A stretch of 34,669 bases of DNA, taken from Fonticula alba ATCC 38817 (lineage: Eukaryota; Protista; Nucleariida). The position numbers and the translations under genes are program-made. Below, one piece after another: positions 32,572-34,669 of the stretch; the first letter of the stretch is position 1, and every line of letters begins with the position of its first letter. The stretch is taken from assembly GCA_000388065.2 (NCBI GenBank), contig KB932206.1; one strand, 5' to 3'. The notes beneath the pieces are model-generated. The model ran no database searches. It saw only the letters and a list, made by a program, of their open reading frames with translations, and was not told where the DNA came from.

Positions 32572-34669
32572 NGGGGGCCGGGACGCGGGCTCGGCCGCCC
32601 ACAGGAGCGGCAGGGCGTCGGCCAGGTTCTGCGCCAGAGCCGGGCTGGCCTGGGCAACTGGCCCGGTGGCGAGCTCCAGATCGGGCCGGTCGCCGTGCAG
32701 GACACACGCGATCACACGGTCGACGGGCGCGCCCGGCCAGGGCTTGGCGCGGGCCACACACTCCCAAAGGAGGATGGCCGCGGCGTAGATGTCCGCCGGG
32801 AAGTAGAGGGCCGCGTCGAGAGAGCGCCGCGCCCGGAAGGCCTCCATGAGCTCGGGCGCGGCGTAGAGAACCGTCAGGGCATTGAGCTCGGGCCCGGCGG
32901 ACACAAGTGCCGAGGCCCGGTCGGTGTGAAGGTTGCGACTGACGCCCAGATCGCCGAGGGCCGCGTGCCAGGCGCCATCCGGCTTCAGGGCCACGAGGAC
33001 ATTGACCGACTTCAGGTCGCAGTGGACGATGCCGCTGGCGTGCATGGCCTCCAGCCCGGCGGCCCACTGGGTGGCCAGGTCCAGGCGCACACGCAGCGAC
33101 AGCTCCACCTCCGAGTGCAGGAGCCCGGCCAGGTCGGTGTCGAAGCGCTCCATGACGATGGCCGGCGGCTGGTCGCTGTAGCCGTAGATGCGCACGATGT
33201 TCGCCTGGTCGCGCAGGAGCCTGGGCACGGGCGGGCCGGTCAGAGGGCGCGCGGGCCGGCGGGGCGAGGCGGCGGGGAATACCGAGCGTACCACATGAGG
33301 GCAATANNNNNNNNNNNNNNNNNNNNNNNNNNNNNNNNNNNNNNNNNNNNNNNNNNNNNNNNNNAAACACATGAGGGCGATCTCATTCTGGAGGAGGGAC
33401 ACATGGAGGGGAGTCGCCGAGCTGGCTTGTAGCTGCTTGATGGCCACGGTCTCCGGGCAGCCCAGGCGCGTCATGACGCCGGTGCCGATGGCGCGCGCGG
33501 CGAAGACGCTGGCCTGGGTCCCGGACCCGAGCTCGCTCCGGGCAGCCCAGGCGCGTCATGACGCCGGTGCCGATGGCGCGCGCGGCGAAGACGCTGGCCT
33601 GGGTCCCGGACCCGAGCTCGCCCTCGCCGAGGGCCAGGAACTCGGTGGCCAGGGTCACCAGGGCGGCGCCGGGGAGCGAGAGCTCTGCGGGCGCCGGGGG
33701 CGGCTTGTCAGTGGGTGGTCGGCGGCGAGCGGGGAGAAAGAGGAGGAGGCATGGCGCAGGGGGGCAGCGCCGGGCGACGCACCGACAATCGTGTTGAGGA
33801 CCGTGGCATCTGGGCAGAGGGGGGGGGGGAGCAAGATGGTTAGAAGCTGATCGCGATGCGCGGGCCAGGCGAGGGGCAAGATTCGCACTCTCATCGGGGA
33901 CGTCCTGAGGCGGGGCAGAAGGATGTGTTAGGTCATTGGGCAGGGGGGGGGGGGCGAGGGCAGGCGTCGACACTGTCAGGAGCGCACGGAGTCCTTTGGC
34001 GCTCCCTGCCGGAAGCGCCGTAGCAGGCAGAGCGCCAGCAGCAAGAGCACCAGCAGAAGCAGCAGGCTGAGGCCGACGCCCAGGCCGACGGCTGCGAGGG
34101 CAAGTACGCGCGTGTAGATGTGCAAGTTAGGGGGGCAGGGGTAGAAAGAAGAAGGGGCGCCCAGGCACGCACCGAGATGCATCCGGCGCGAGGCCTCCGG
34201 GCTGTTGGTGAGGCAGTCGGTCTTGCCGGGGCCCATGCACGTGGCGCAGCTGGAGTGGCAGGGCCCGCAGACGGGGACCGCGGCCTCATGGTCGTCGAAG
34301 AAGCCGGCCGGGCAGGCCGACACGCACGAGGTGCCGTCCTCCAGCAGCAGGTAGGGCGCCTCGCACCGGAGGCAGGAGGGCACCGTCGGGCAGCTGAGCG
34401 CCCCGCCCGGGAGGATGGTGCATGCCGGCATGCCGCCACCGGGGGCGCAGGCCTCGCAGTGCCTCGAGCAGGCCAGGCAGACCTGCTCCCTCGGCGAGGG
34501 GGCCTGGCGCAGCGAGGGGCAGCCGGACGCGCACTCACCAGTGTCGGGCAGCAGCCAGTGAGCCCCATCGGCGCAGGACGTGCACCGGGAGGCGTGCTCG
34601 TGGCAGGTGGCGCACTCGGGGGCGCACGGCTGGCACAGGGCGGCGTCGGCGCTCGAGGCCGGCGGGCGG
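32572..34669 (-). CDS. Receptor-like TKL protein kinase: furin-like Cys-rich ectodomain, TM helix and kinase domain (5' end beyond the window, 3' end in the gap); exons >34668-33988, 33904-33889, 33809-33783, 33684-33371, 33220-~32572
   Basis: CxxCxxxCxxC repeats (CAPECATC, CHSSCATC) and TM LALAAVGLGVGLSLLLLLVLLLLALCLL-RR. Kinase motifs LGSGTQASVF, VAIK, NEIALM, HCDLKSVNVL, DLG (in place of DFG) and YAAPE. As assembled, an 85-bp duplication frameshifts the gene, and an N-gap lies at 33307-33364. Confidence 0.88.
33451..33620. repeat. Exact 85-bp tandem duplication (33451-33535 = 33536-33620) inside a kinase exon
   Basis: The two copies read as identical; 85 mod 3 = 1, so it causes a frameshift. 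Confidence 0.9.

Noticed and set aside
30182-33370. 1,062-aa minus-strand ORF
   Set aside because: It runs through N-gaps and is out of frame with the kinase; an artefact of translating Ns as X.

Overview
This window is very GC-rich, intron-containing eukaryotic DNA from a draft assembly, with four N-gaps, mostly at poly-G/C runs. It is not prokaryotic. I infer a Fonticula-like protist (holomycotan, sister to fungi), because the receptor kinase architecture matches my recollection of an expanded TKL family there; this is unverified. Genes reconstructed by hand, in order: NUBP2/Cfd1 (-, 4 exons); a ~2,970-aa Integrator subunit 1 (INTS1)-like gene (+), broken only by two false duplications joined by Illumina adapter sequence; a mitochondrial folate/FAD carrier (SLC25A32-like, +, 8 exons); a bacterial-looking alpha/beta-hydrolase (-, 5' end not resolved, next to a gap); a decayed paralog of a Cys-rich receptor kinase (-); a ZnT1/Zrc1-type CDF zinc transporter (-, 5 exons) with a repeat array upstream of a TATA box; a weak orphan ORF; and the 3' part of a furin-repeat/TM/TKL receptor kinase (-) that runs off the window end. 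Other signals: 5' splice sites are almost all GTGCGY, (CA)n tracts abut some 3' splice sites, there is a ~29% GC island, and a long alternating purine-pyrimidine intron tract. I recognised no rRNA, tRNA, CRISPR array or transposase. All homology calls come from motif recognition, not database searches.
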